Shown here piece by piece: positions 30,592 to 42,745 of a DNA stretch of 64,000 bases. The notes under the pieces were generated by a model. The model did no database searches. It had not been told where the DNA came from and worked only from the letters and a program-made list of their open reading frames with translations. Both the position numbers and the translations under genes were made by a program. The stretch lies in assembly GCA_000004985.1 (NCBI GenBank), contig GG738931.1; one strand, given 5' to 3'. This stretch comes from Naegleria gruberi. Taxonomy: Eukaryota. Within the stretch, counting starts at the first letter, position 1. Each line of letters starts with the position of its first letter.

Positions 30592-31899
30592 TTACACAAA
30601 CATTTGTTCAAATTCCTTTGAAACCTTAAATCTCATATAAATATCAGGAATTACAGTTGACATGACTTCATTCAAAACTTCATCAAATATAGACGAAATA
30701 TTTTCAGAATTTGGATTCGATTCGAGTGCCTTCTTAATCTCCACTCTCTTAGCATCATTTGTATTGATGAAATTTGGATTGTCAATGTTAGAGAGATAGT
30801 CAGCAAATACTTTTTTGGCAAATTGAAATTTGACATCTAGAGAATCTTTGGATTGTTTGAATTGATGCACTGTTTCATAGAAGGTAATGTTTTCTGCGTT
30901 CAGTTCTTTAAAGGCATAGACCTTGAAATACTTTCTCTTAGTTTCGTCTTGTAGGACGTCGTGTACACTGAGTGAAAAATCCAATTTAGAATTTCGTTCA
31001 GAATCGGTTGTGGTTTTCTGAATGAAACAGATAAATGTCAATGTGGTCTTTGGTTTCATCATTTTTTCAACTTGCTTTTTAGCTTTACGAGTATTCTGAG
31101 CTTCCAGACGTTTGTACATTTCATTCGAAAGCATTTCAAAACTTGCCTTCTTTTTCTTTTTGGTCAACTTGCACATTTGTGGACTTTTTCCAGCATTTCC
31201 CAAATCATCCAATAAATTACTTGATGAAGAACTACTAGAACTATCACTTTCCACAGTTAACAAATCCGAAAAGTCAAAAATCATTGAAGAAATGACATCT
31301 GGAGCATCACCAAATAAACCATGATTAAAACTCTGAATAACAGTTGAATCTCTAATGAGGAACATCTTTGGGACCACTAGGAAACTCTCCCCTTCAAACT
31401 GTTCCAATGGCAATCCCAACACTTGCCCAAATCCTTCATCCTTCTCAATCACTGCCAATTTTGGTAAAACTTGCGGAACATCCGGATGTTTAAACTCCAC
31501 TCCGAAATGCTTTGCCAACAAGTGCTCCTTATCACACAACCTTATCATTTCCTTCAAGATTGGATTCGAATTATGATGCTCCTCCAAAATCTCCTTCACT
31601 TCTTCATCACTCTCCACATGAATCACCACCGGAATGATATTCAATTGTAAAAGTGATTTGTAAATTTTTGCAATTTGATAAAGTCGTCGATTACAAAAGG
31701 CACATCCACCAAATCGTAAGAATCTGCGGAAGATTAGTAAGCAATTGTGGTGTTGGGATAGTTGGGCAAGTGTTTTTCCATTGGAAGTTTTGAATTGTGT
31801 GAAAATTTGTTTCTCCACGAAAATGTCCGCTTTCGAATGGGAGTTTAGGTAGTTATCTGTTTTTGCAGAATCTGAATGGGTTGAAATCATGGGATCCAT
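30592..31899 (-). CDS. thioredoxin-like (CxxC) N-terminal domain fused to a C-terminal RGS domain, 435 aa
   Basis: The RGS signature region is LQDETKRKYFKVYAFKELNAENITFYETVHQFKQ...FDEVLNEVMSTVIPDIYMRFKVSKEF. The N-terminus contains GGCAFCNRRL within a Trx-like beta-alpha-beta context. Confidence 0.65.
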   Translation of the reverse strand: MDPMISTHSDSAKTDNYLNSHSKADIFVEKQIFTQFKTSNGKTLAQLSQHHNCLLIFRRFLRFGGCAFCNRRLYQIAKIYKSLLQLNIIPVVIHVESDEEVKEILEEHHNSNPILKEMIRLCDKEHLLAKHFGVEFKHPDVPQVLPKLAVIEKDEGFGQVLGLPLEQFEGESFLVVPKMFLIRDSTVIQSFNHGLFGDAPDVISSMIFDFSDLLTVESDSSSSSSSSNLLDDLGNAGKSPQMCKLTKKKKKASFEMLSNEMYKRLEAQNTRKAKKQVEKMMKPKTTLTFICFIQKTTTDSERNSKLDFSLSVHDVLQDETKRKYFKVYAFKELNAENITFYETVHQFKQSKDSLDVKFQFAKKVFADYLSNIDNPNFINTNDAKRVEIKKALESNPNSENISSIFDEVLNEVMSTVIPDIYMRFKVSKEFEQMFV

Positions 31900-32227
31900 T
31901 ATTGTTAGAATGATGATGTTTAGGTTTTTTTTTGATAAGTATTTTTGGAACGGCTGCCAAAGTCATACTTGAAGACAGCTAGTGGTGAATATTCTTAGAT
32001 GAGGACCATTTGTTCGCATGCAACAGATTGGAGAATCCCTTATTTCCTATTGCTTCATGTGCCTGTGTCCGTTCATTCGTTTTTATGGAGATAAGTTGCC
32101 TGCCAACTGTCAAACTAAAAATTCTAGAATTGTCCTTGGCATTTATTTGATATTATTGATTGAATGTTCTGTAGTGATGATTATATTTTGTAAATAACAA
32201 CACGTATTTTGATCAAAGTAAAAAAAA

Positions 32228-33663
32228 ATGTCAAAATTGGCTGGAGACGAAATTTATCAAATTTTAACATTTTTCATATCGGAAGGAATATCAATTGTTA
32301 ACATCTATTCGTTGGTTAGCAAACAATGGAGGGAAGAATGCATGAAAATTCCTATCAAAGTGAAAGTTTATTCTCATTCGAATATTTCCAAAAATGTAGA
32401 AAAGTTTCGAATAACAGATTTGACTTGGTCCAGCCAACGGGATCAATTCTTTCACACCGAAACACTTTCTCAATTAAATTTGCCCTACCTGACCACTCTG
32501 AATGCCTCATATGAGTTTAGAGTCGATGAAAAATCATTGAAATTGTCTCTCCTCATGCAAGGCAATTTTATTCGAAATTTGAAAGAATTAAAACTTGATT
32601 CGTGGCCGTTGGGATTGAATGGAGCCAGAATTTTATGTAAGAGCAGTGTAGATTTAGTCAATCTGAAAGTTTTGGACCTTTCGTTTACAAATTTGGGAGA
32701 TGAGGCAGCGTGTGAAATTTTAAATTCGAATTTCAAGTTACAGACCTTGATTTTGAAATGTTGTAATATCGCAAGAATTACATGAATTGCGAGATGGAAA
32801 GTTTGGAAAGTTTGAATTTGCTTGGGAACAAATTACTTGAGGTGCAAGTTGGAGAAAATTTGCCAAATATTTCACATTTAAACATTTCGAATAATTTTAA
32901 TTTGAGTGATACTTCCTTTTTGAAATCCTTTCCAAAATTGACAAATTTGGAAGCGAATAGAAATTTAGGATTTGAGAATTTGAATGAAACTCTAAATTCC
33001 ATGACCTGTTTGAAATCTCTCAGTATAACTCAGTGTTTAAAATGGAGAGGTTCACTTGGTCAACCAATTTTAAAGAATCTTGAATTTTTGGATATTACAG
33101 ATTGTGGATTTTCAATCAAGGTTATGTTTAATAATGGAATTGATACCTTTTCAAATATTACTCGCTTGAATATGGATAATTATTTGTGTATCACTGATTG
33201 TGAATTTATTGGAAATGGACTAGCTCTGAGAAATTTGAAACATTTATCAATTAATAGATGCAAATCGTGGTGGGATTTTGAAAAGATGCTACTTGGTCCT
33301 AATATGTCAAATTTGGAAACTCTCTCACTCGAATCATGCCATATTGGAATTCAAGGATGTAAATTAATTGCTCAAAGTTCAACTCTGACTCGATTGACCA
33401 AACTCAATCTTTCCAATAATTTAATTAAGGATGAAGGATGTGCAATTCTATGCCAATCTTCAAATCTTCAACATTTAATTTCCTTGGATATTAGTTGGAA
33501 TGAATTGACCACTTGTTCACATTTGGCAAATAATCAATATTTTGTAAATTTAATTGAATTGAAATTTGAAAATCGAGTGAGTGGAGATAATGATCCAATG
33601 AATGATAAACATCTTCTTGAAACATCACCCCATCTTTCTAAATTGAAAAATTACAAACAATAA
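32228..33663 (+). CDS. F-box / LRR (RNI-type) protein with a frame discontinuity near 32780 (two overlapping ORFs 32228..32785 and 32782..33663); assembly indel or recent pseudogene
   Basis: F-box LAGDEIYQILTFF...SKQWREECMKI at the N-terminus. LRRs lie on both sides of the shift. No GT-AG intron restores the frame without deleting conserved repeats. Confidence 0.55.
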
Positions 33664-33783
33664 AAAAATGGGCTATCAAACTTAAAAACCAAACAACATT
33701 AAGGATAGCACCATACTAAATAGATTTAATAGGATATTGGTATTCGTAACCATGTAAACAAATGTATATTTCTCTATTGACAA

Positions 33784-34815
33784 TTACATAAATTGCTCAA
33801 AATCAGAATAGTGAACTACAGTATCTGAAACACCTGCAGACAATGCAGGACTAATTGTCAAAATAACAAACAACTGGATCAATTCAGAACTTTTCAATTT
33901 TCCCATTTCTAGCTTTCTAACAATTTCCTTAAACTTTTTAATATCTAGCTTGAAACGCTTTCCACGACCCTTTTCCATTTCGAATAAAAATTCATCAGAA
34001 GATTGGTCAGAATCTCTATAATTAATAAAAATTTTACCAGAATGATCATCCAGTCTAATAACTCCCTCAAATTTAACACTATATTCATTTCCTTTAAAAT
34101 TGTAAGCAATTATTGTGAATATGGTTTTAAATAAATCGCCCACTGTTTGAGATTCGAGTTTGACAATATGTACAAAAGAATTGTACTTTTCAAAAATCTC
34201 TGAAAATCCTTCCCACTCTGAAAAACCACATTCAGATTCTTCCCAATAATAAACCGAATCCACCAAATCAAAGTTTAGAGCTTTTGTTCTCTGGAATTGA
34301 ATATAAATCTTAAAGTAATTTTCATCATTGTTGTCGCCATTTTCAATTCCCAAACATGATAAATACTCAGCTTTCCATGCTCCATTCAATTCTTCAAGAA
34401 TAATTTGTTTCCATCTCTTGCAAATAATCAACATTTCACAAATATCATCCACTTCAAGAAATTGTAAAACATTCCACATGATATCCGAAAGATCCATCAA
34501 TTTCTTCCATTCTGATTCGCAAGATGCATCTTCATAGAGTGGTACAATCTTTTTCGATGGTTTTTCAATTATTTCCCGATCGTGGTCATGACGATTCTTT
34601 CTCTTCTTTTTAGATTTTTCTTGAATTTGTTCTAATTGTTCAATTTGTTGATGAATTTTCCTTGTTTTCCAATCAATAGCAGTGTTTAGTTTGTATTTAA
34701 TTCCCTTGATGAGAAAGAAATGTTCGGATTGCTCTTGATCCATTGAAGGAGTTGCATCTTCATGTTTCTCCATTTTTTTTTGTGTGAAATGTAAAAGATT
34801 TTTCACACTTTGCAT
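33784..34815 (-). CDS. F-box protein, 343 aa
   Basis: ATG at 34815. F-box MWNVLQFLEVDDICEMLIICKRWKQIILEEL. K/R-rich N-terminal region. Confidence 0.55.
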   Translation of the reverse strand: MQSVKNLLHFTQKKMEKHEDATPSMDQEQSEHFFLIKGIKYKLNTAIDWKTRKIHQQIEQLEQIQEKSKKKRKNRHDHDREIIEKPSKKIVPLYEDASCESEWKKLMDLSDIMWNVLQFLEVDDICEMLIICKRWKQIILEELNGAWKAEYLSCLGIENGDNNDENYFKIYIQFQRTKALNFDLVDSVYYWEESECGFSEWEGFSEIFEKYNSFVHIVKLESQTVGDLFKTIFTIIAYNFKGNEYSVKFEGVIRLDDHSGKIFINYRDSDQSSDEFLFEMEKGRGKRFKLDIKKFKEIVRKLEMGKLKSSELIQLFVILTISPALSAGVSDTVVHYSDFEQFM

Positions 34816-34896
34816 TTATGATGATTGAAAGAAGGTTACAAATTTCAAAAGTCTGGACAACTCAAGATTCTTCAAATAATTGATTCTTTGTTTTTT

Positions 34897-35975
34897 TTAA
34901 TACAAATATGGAATCATACACTTGTCAACAAGGGATGGATTGTAAAGCCAATCGACATGATAAACATTTGGTACAACAATTCTTACCAATCTATTTTCCT
35001 CATTGAGGGTTTTCAATCCAAAGACATCATTTTGATAGATTCGTTGTTGTTCCATTGGAATCATATCCAAACCTCCGGTTGAGTTGACTTGATAAAATTC
35101 AAATAATGCAGATTGATAAGGAACGATAATGTCATCTTGTGGACTACCTGTCAAAACCATCTTGTCAATTCTCAACATGTTTTCTCTATAATTCAATGTT
35201 CTTGCATAATCAACATCTGTGTCATTATTTACAATAGCAAGAAATTGGATTGGCAAATGACATTGAAGATTGACCTTTGGCAGTATAGAAAATTTTGTAA
35301 ACATCTTCAAGGGCTGTGTTAAACAAGAATGGGAACATTTGTTTCAAAAAACCTTCAAATTGAAATCCGACAGGAACTCCATATTCACCATTTTGAACTA
35401 TTTTCATTAACATTTCCACACAAAAATTCAAAAACTAACCTCCACTCAATGAAATAAACACCTTCACATTATGATCAGGAGTTGTTTGAAGATAGGAACG
35501 ACAAATCAATCCACCCTGTGAATGACAAATCAAATGATGATCAGTAATTCCAAAATTCTTCTTTACAATATTAATTTGTTTTCTGAAATCTTCCAATTGT
35601 GCAGATACTGGTGTCAGAACTGATGAAACCATTCCCTCCGAAGGAATAGAATAAACAATCGTACCAGGAGGAACACGTTCTTTAATCATGTCCCTTAAAG
35701 CCTTCAATGTATTATTTCCACATAAAATTCCGTGCATTAACAAGATTGGAAGAAATGGTTTGTTTCCAGCTCCTCCCTTCTTAATTGTTGTAATATATTT
35801 GTTATTTGTATTAGTATTACTACTACTATCAGTATTAGTTGCTCCAATAATAATTGGTTTAATAGATAAACCTTCCGAATAATTTAAAAGTGCCAGAAAG
35901 GATAACACCAACACTAACTGTGAGAATGCGTAATGATGATGGTGATGTGAATTTCACTGTTTCTCGTGAGCGCAT
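34897..35975 (-). CDS. palmitoyl-protein thioesterase (PPT2-like, alpha/beta hydrolase); exons 35975..35958, 35917..35440, 35397..about 35255, then about 35255..34897 after a 1-nt frame discontinuity
   Basis: A six-codon first exon (MRSRET) joins across a 40-nt intron (GTGAAA...CACAG) to the signal peptide LVLVLSFLALL. Catalytic region: CHSQGG (GxSxG), LSGG, and DxxxVxxxE motifs. Exon 2 (through ...YTAKGQ) and exon 3 (QFLAIVNN...) both match the PPT2 consensus but sit in different frames. Confidence 0.65.
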
Positions 35976-36088
35976 TTTTTTCTGGTGTTGGATATCAAGC
36001 TGTTGTAAACCGGAGTTCAGTGTCCGGAAATAAGGATTTAGTGTTGGTGGTTGATGTTTATTAAGTGGTTTTTAAATTTAAAAATGAT

Positions 36089-37967
36089 TTAGTCATCGAG
36101 AAGGGATGAGTTTTCGTCCTTTTCTTGAATGAGATTGGCCAAATAGGCCTGACTCTTTTCTCTGTGGAGTTTTTCATTGGCCATTCTCTTGTATTTTCCT
36201 CTAAAGATGGAGGTGAGAATAAAACTGAGACAGAGGAGGGATAAGTCAATCCAGAGAATGATTTGAATGGATCCATTGTTGGATACCTTTGCATTTGGTG
36301 TAGTTTGCAAATGTACTTGTTGAATAATATCCAAAATTACTAAAATAATACCTGCAGTGACTGTACCAGCTCCATAAATAATTGAAGTAGAAGTACTGGC
36401 TGGAACTGGATAAGTAACTTCACAACCCATTTCCAAACAAAGTGGAACTGTTGGTACTGAAAACATACCCAATATAGCAAGGCAAAGGCAAGCCATGTAG
36501 AATAATAAAGTAGTCTTCTTCCATAACATGACAACTGCAAATCCAGCAAAACCTAAAGTTGCCAAAAATCCACATGATGCAGCCAATAATTTGTACTTTT
36601 TGGTTCTATCAGCAACGACACCAACCACGGTAGCTCCAATAATACCAAAGAAAATTACAGTGATGCCAAAAATGGAACCATCATATGGTGTGTAACCCTT
36701 TGGAACAATAATTTGGTCAATCAGTGCAACAAATGATTGCAAGACTGAATAACCAACAGAGTAAGCAGCTGCTAGAATGAGGAAATTACAATTTGTGAGT
36801 ACCTGTTTAAGATCTTGGAAGAATGAATGTTGAACTACTGGAATGATAGCTTCAGATGTTTCTCCTTCAATTGGATTTTCATTGATGGAAGTTGGTTCTC
36901 TGAGAGCTTCTTCAGGAGCTTGAAAATATGGTGGTGTTGGTGGTTTATCCTTGAAGAATGCAACACTGCATGTCATTAAAATTGTTGCCAAGGCAGCTTG
37001 ACCTCCCAACATGATAAGCATACCATACTCTGAGCCAGTCCAATATTCACCAGATTGTGAATCTTCTGTCAATCCAAGTAAAAATGGTCCAAATCCAAAA
37101 GCTGCACCACTTCCTAAAATACCCATAAGAGTACCAATGGTGGTAGCAATTGTTCTTTCCTTTTCTCCAAACCAATTACTATTATTTTCAAAAATTTTCA
37201 TTATGTGAAATATTTCGGAATGTGTGAAATTTCAATATTTCAAAATAATATTCAAAATTGAAACAAACCTTGCAAGTAATGTTGGAGCATTGGAAATTAA
37301 AGGCTGTGCAATAGCACACAGTGCTTGACCCAGGAAGGCAACCCAAAAGAACAATTCTTCTCCTTTCTATATATTAAACTTGTCACCAATTTCAAACCGA
37401 ATATTAAAACAACGTACCTTATAACCTAAACAACGAACCCAACCTCCCACAAAGTTGAGTATCGAAGCAATTAAAATTGAAGTTCTCAAACCATGTTTCT
37501 TCATCACATATGAACTAATTGAAGTCATTGGCACATAGAAAATTAAATAAATTAAAGTCATCATGTTAATCTTCCAGGTAGCATCTGGCATATTCCAATA
37601 TAAAAGAGCAATTGTACTATATTTCCGATTAAAATTGTTAATTGATATGTTCATCAATGATGTGAAGAAATATTTACCTGATGGAAGAAAATGTTGTCTG
37701 AAAGAGTGAACACAAAAAGTTAGAGAAGGAGAAGAGTAACAACACTAGCCAACGTTTCTTATAGAGTGTTGGTTCGGGCAGTGCCAATTCATTCTTTGTT
37801 TGTACTTGCTTCTTATTTCTGAAAAAGAAGGATCTCAACTTGCCACTGAATGTTTGTAATTCCTCACCAGATGGAACCACTGTTGGTTGATGATCCTCCA
37901 CTCCACAACAGGAACCCTTCATCTTTTTGTCCACACCTCCATTCTTCTTCTTTTCTGATTGCAACAT
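36089..37967 (-). CDS. major facilitator superfamily transporter (FLVCR/MFSD7-like), 4 exons 37967..37678, 37616..37418, 37366..37269, 37178..36089 (558 aa)
   Basis: Twelve predicted TM helices. Introns of 61, 51 and 90 nt with GTAAAT/GTACGT/GTTTGT donors and ATAG/ATAG/ATAG acceptors. All phases are consistent. Confidence 0.7.
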
Positions 37968-38639
37968 GATTTTGTTTCTTCTTGTTCGGGTGAAGTTGTT
38001 GTAGTTGCTGTCATTGTTTATATAATATATCAACAGACACAAAAGTATTCTAATAAATGTTCTCTCCAATTGAGAACCAATCTCTCGGTGTGATCAAAAT
38101 TTCAAAATCAAACACAAAAAGCCTTCTTCGCGTTTGCAATCTAAACCTTTAACTTGATTTTTTTCAAGTTAAAAAGACCGTTAGGGAAAATGCAGGGAAA
38201 AATTATTCTCTCGAGCAAGCGAAAAATATTCAGGCTTTGAAAAAAGGAGGCACCACCGTAGTAAGGAGTCTTTTTTTCGATATTTATTATCATTGAAAGC
38301 TTATCAGAGAGTGGTGAGGATGGAGAAGTGATTCATTGAAGGTCATGCTGTTTTATGAAATGTTTCATTGTTTGTTGTAGATCATGATGATTGAGGTTTG
38401 ATGAGGAGGAGTTATCGGATCAGTTCTCTTCGGAGTGAGGGTAAAGGAAAATTGCAGATAATCAAATTATTGTAATTAATATTCATGAGAATTTTAATTT
38501 ATTATTCAATGTTTTGTATTTTCATTTGAAAATAATATTGTAATATTTAAAATTATTAATATTTAACAATTATAATATTAAATTAATCTAAATATTGAAT
38601 TTTAAAAAAAATAATCATCACCAACTTGTTTCCATCACC

Positions 38640-40549
38640 ATGCGAGTGACCGTTCCTGTGGTCCATCAAGAATCAGAAATCCCTCCCGAATTCAAACATG
38701 AAGACAATGATGAATATTGGTGTTTCCTAACAAACTTTGAATTTAGGGATTCAAGAACAACTTCATTGAAGAGTCCCGAATTTATTACTGAGAAGGGAGT
38801 TTCTCTCATGTTGACTGGTTATTTACTAACACCCGAAGAATATAAATCATCTCCTGATGAGAAGGGTGAATATTTTGTCAAGATTGTTAATTTAAGACAA
38901 TGGGCTTTTGACCATGAGGATGAAACGAGAGGAATTTGGGTCGAATCTAAGAGACATTGGTTTAAATTGATAAAGCCAACAAGGGAATTTAAAGTAATTT
39001 ATGAATCGTTTGAGAAGAAGAGTAATATTTGGTTGGATTTACGACCTGTATTGACGAGATGGATTAAAAAGTTTGATAAATGTTCGGATGAAGATGTGAA
39101 AGCAGTGATAAATGATTTAACAATGGAATATGTGATGAAATCCATGAAAGTGAAAGGACATAGTGAGGAGGAGCTTATTGAAAATGCATTCTTTATTCAT
39201 GATAAGGCAGTTCAAGATTTTGATACCTTTTCATTTGAGGACTCGTCAGAAAATCAACTTCTTAGAACACCTTTTATGAAGGATTTGTTGGAATTGTCTT
39301 CTGAAAAGTCTAAAATTCCCATTATTGCTAAATCTCACTCAGTTGATAAAAAGGGGAAAGAAAAACAGGTTGTGACTGAAGAGGATTTTTCCTCTGATGA
39401 TGAGGATATGGATGTAAAGATTGTTATAGACGATTGTTCCTCTTCAGAGGATGATGATGATGAGGAGTACTTTGTCACAGTTAAAGCTGGCCTTGAGGAT
39501 GAACATAGTAAGGATGAACATGATGATGATGATGACGACTATGAGGAAACGTTAAAGAAAAAGAGAACGAGTTCACAAGCAGCTAAAAGAAATACACCAG
39601 AAAAGAAGAGGCCATATGCTCGTAGAACCTCTAAAAAGAGAACACCAACAAAGAATGTTGACAACTCTGAGAATCAAAAAGAGATTGAAAAAGTCACACC
39701 TAAAAAGAGAAAAGAATCGACAATTAGTAGAGAAACTAATGATGACGATGAGGATTTCAATGAAAGTGAGGAAGAATACAGTTCTGAAAATGGAAAAACC
39801 AAACAAAAACGAAGGAAATTCGAAAAACCAAGAAAGGCTACTGTTTGTTATTTCCGTGAATATACTTCACAACCTGGTGTTCCAACTATGGAGGAGCTAT
39901 TGAATCAAGAATTCACACCTCGTCTTATTACACAACTCAGTACTAAATATGAACCAGGTCTTGCGATTCCAGGTTGCTTCAATTGTCACAGAAAGAGAAT
40001 TATGTGTCTTAAGGAAAGACCAATTTGTTCTCATTGTCTTGAGGATGGGCTCTATTGTGAATACCCATCAGCGTTGAAAGTTTGTCGTAAGTATTATTTA
40101 AATTCTTCTTGTTGTTCTCACTCTAATTAGCATGCATACCGTGTTCTTTGAAATCGCAAAAGGTTTGCAATAGAGAACTTCCTTGCAATCATTGTGAGAA
40201 TGGTGAATGTTATTACTTTACATCAGATAATGGATTGCTGATTGGAGAAATGAAAATTGCAGCTCTAAAAGAATTATATGCTAAGATTGATGAAGAAAAA
40301 GCTGCAAAGGAACAATCCAGTAGTGATATTCTTGATAATTTGATAAAGGAAACAGCTCAAACAGCTGAACCTGAAGAGGTTGAGATAGTTGAGGAACATA
40401 ATGAAGAACTAGAAAGAAATAGAGAACGAGCAGCTGCTCTTAGAGAAGAAATCAAGAAATTGAAAAAGATTGCCCAACAAGAGACAGCTTTAAATGAAAG
40501 GAAAAAGAAAGAATTGAAAGAGATATTTAATTCTTTGAGCTCAAAGTAG
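38640..40549 (+). CDS. putative transcription factor with two tandem Zn(II)2Cys6 (GAL4-type) binuclear clusters, acidic and basic low-complexity regions, and a C-terminal coiled coil; 2 exons 38640..40086, 40131..40549 (621 aa)
   Basis: Cluster 1: CFNCHRKRIMCLKERPICSHCLEDGLYC. A GTAAGT donor and 44-nt intron join to cluster 2: CIPCSLKSQKVCNRELPCNHCENGEC. The C-terminus is E/K-rich and heptad-like. Confidence 0.65.
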
Positions 40550-42569
40550 AGGCCAATTTCTCTCGCATTGATTTGAGATAATTAAGGCATTGTAAAGCAG
40601 TCCATCTCTTTTGAGGTTCTACAAGCATATTCATGAGTAGCTCCACAAATGATTCGGCAACATTAGCATCAACCTTTCCGTAAAAAATCCTCACTTCCTT
40701 TGAAATTTCATCGATATAGTTCTGATATCCTAGCTGAACTTTGAGAGCATGAGGGAATCGAATATTGAGGGTAATCATTTCATAAAATACAACACCTAAT
40801 GACCAAATATCAACTTCATATGAATATCCAACATCGTAATTATTCTCAATTTCTGGGGCTGTATAATTTGTCGAACCGCAAATGGTGTGAGCTTTTTCAC
40901 CCTCATGAATACTTCTCGAAAAACCAAAATCTCCAATCCTTTTTACGTTTGTTAGGCATGATTGATTCGAAACTAATCAAACTTACTTGATTCGAAAATT
41001 CTCATCAAAGAATAAATTTCTCAATTTCATATCTCTGTGAACGACATGATTTAAATGCAAACAGTGCAACCCTTTACATGTTTCGTAAAACTTTTCTACC
41101 AACATGGCTGGAGAAATATACTTTCTTGGTTGCGCCTTGAATCTGTTTTCCACTGTTTGGTATAAATCTCCTTTAGGATAGAGAGGCATTACTAAACAAA
41201 TCTGGAACTGTTGCTTGGAAGAGTCTGCTGCATCATTATGATCCAGTTTACACATGAAAATATCCAAATATTCCACTAAATTTTCGTGTTTGATGAGTTT
41301 GGTGGTTGTTGCTTCTCTATATGCTTGGTTGGATTTATCTAAACCTGTACTCTCGATGATTTTCATAGCTTTAGTAGTTCCGTCCTGTAAATCTTTAACC
41401 TAGTAATTGAAATAATTGTAAGATCTAGAACTGTGGCACAAAATAATACATACTTTCAAGACAGTACCAAAGCTTCCTTTACCTATTCTACCACCCACTT
41501 GATATCTGGAATTGTAAACTCCTCCTACTGGTTTTTCAGCTATTGGTATTTCTTCCAAAGTTTGTGCATTAAAATTGAATGCTGTCAGCACAAGTTTCAG
41601 ATTAGAAACTCCTAATGTATGAGCTAATTCAATTGTTTTTTCAAGGGTAGATTGTGTTGAAAAGTCCAACGACTCGATTTTTATGGTAAATTGGCTCAAT
41701 ATTTCTAAGAAAATATTAAATATTTAAATTTCACACAAATACCTACCACTATGTTCAATTGAATCATCACTTGTTCGTAAATTGACAGTTATTGATTCTT
41801 GGGCTGTCACTGAAATGAATAATTCTTCATTCCAAATTATATTATCATATTCTACACTCGTTTCCGATAATGAACTATAGACCTTTCTATTAGAATCCAA
41901 CCCAGATGCCACCTCCACAAATACAAATTTTTTACACAATCCACTTGCGACTTTCTCTCCATTCATTAACATTACTTTGATTATTGATTCTCCTCCTTCA
42001 ACAGCCTTCTCCACAGTTTCGTATTTCTTGGAGAGACTTACTTTGGTTTTAATTTGTTCAATTGGCATTGTTATTCTCGATTCAATTCCACTACTTGTTG
42101 ATAATTTAGGACTAGTTGATAATAACTTATTCGGAAATGGTGAAGTGGCTGTCAATGGTGATTTTGGAGATGGAGAACTCACTGTAATGAGCACTTCATT
42201 TGGTTGTGCTACACTTTCATGTTGTTGTTGTTCCAAGCATTCGTTGTTTAAATCACCACCCGATGAATTTCTTCCCATTCTCATCAATAGAGCACTCGAT
42301 GAAGAGGGTACATCTCCCTCATTACTATTTTGCAAACTCGTACTAGTATTAGCAGCAGCAGCAGCAGTACCACTACTATTGTGTACAATGATTTGATTAT
42401 CGGAACCAACTAATTTAATTTTAAATTCATCATCACCATTGGAGGATGAAGGTGCCTTCCATGATCGACGTTTCTTATCATTACTACTGGTTGTTGCTGT
42501 TGTCGTGTTGGGATTTGATGATGGTGATGGCATGGGCGAACCACCAAACGAAAACGAAGATGAAAACAT
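40527..42569 (-). CDS. Ser/Thr protein kinase with a ~360-aa N-terminal S-rich extension; 4 exons 42569..41747, 41704..41454, 41399..40987, 40938..40527 (632 aa)
   Basis: The kinase-domain ORF has no ATG (TTG). It joins the upstream ORF through a 42-nt GTAGGT...TTCTTAG intron. Kinase motifs are GKGSFGTV, AMK, HRDMKLRN, DFG, APE and DIWS. The internal introns are 54 and 48 nt. Confidence 0.7.
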
Positions 42570-42745
42570 TTTGTGATTTTTTTAAAATACAAAAAAAAAA
42601 TAAGAGCGCTTGATGATTTGGCGTTTCTCAGAGTTTCAGGATGTTACACAACATGAAGATTTTAACAATGTTGTTGATAATTTGTTAGTTTGTTACTTGT
42701 TCTAGAACAATGTTGGTGTGAATAAATGATCATGGTGTGATGAAT

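Noticed and set aside
35914-35975. Apparent frameshift or GTG start at the 5' end of the PPT thioesterase gene
   Set aside because: This is explained by a 40-nt GTGAAA...CACAG intron joining a 6-codon ATG exon in phase, so no frameshift is needed. By contrast, the discontinuity at about 35255 could not be explained this way.
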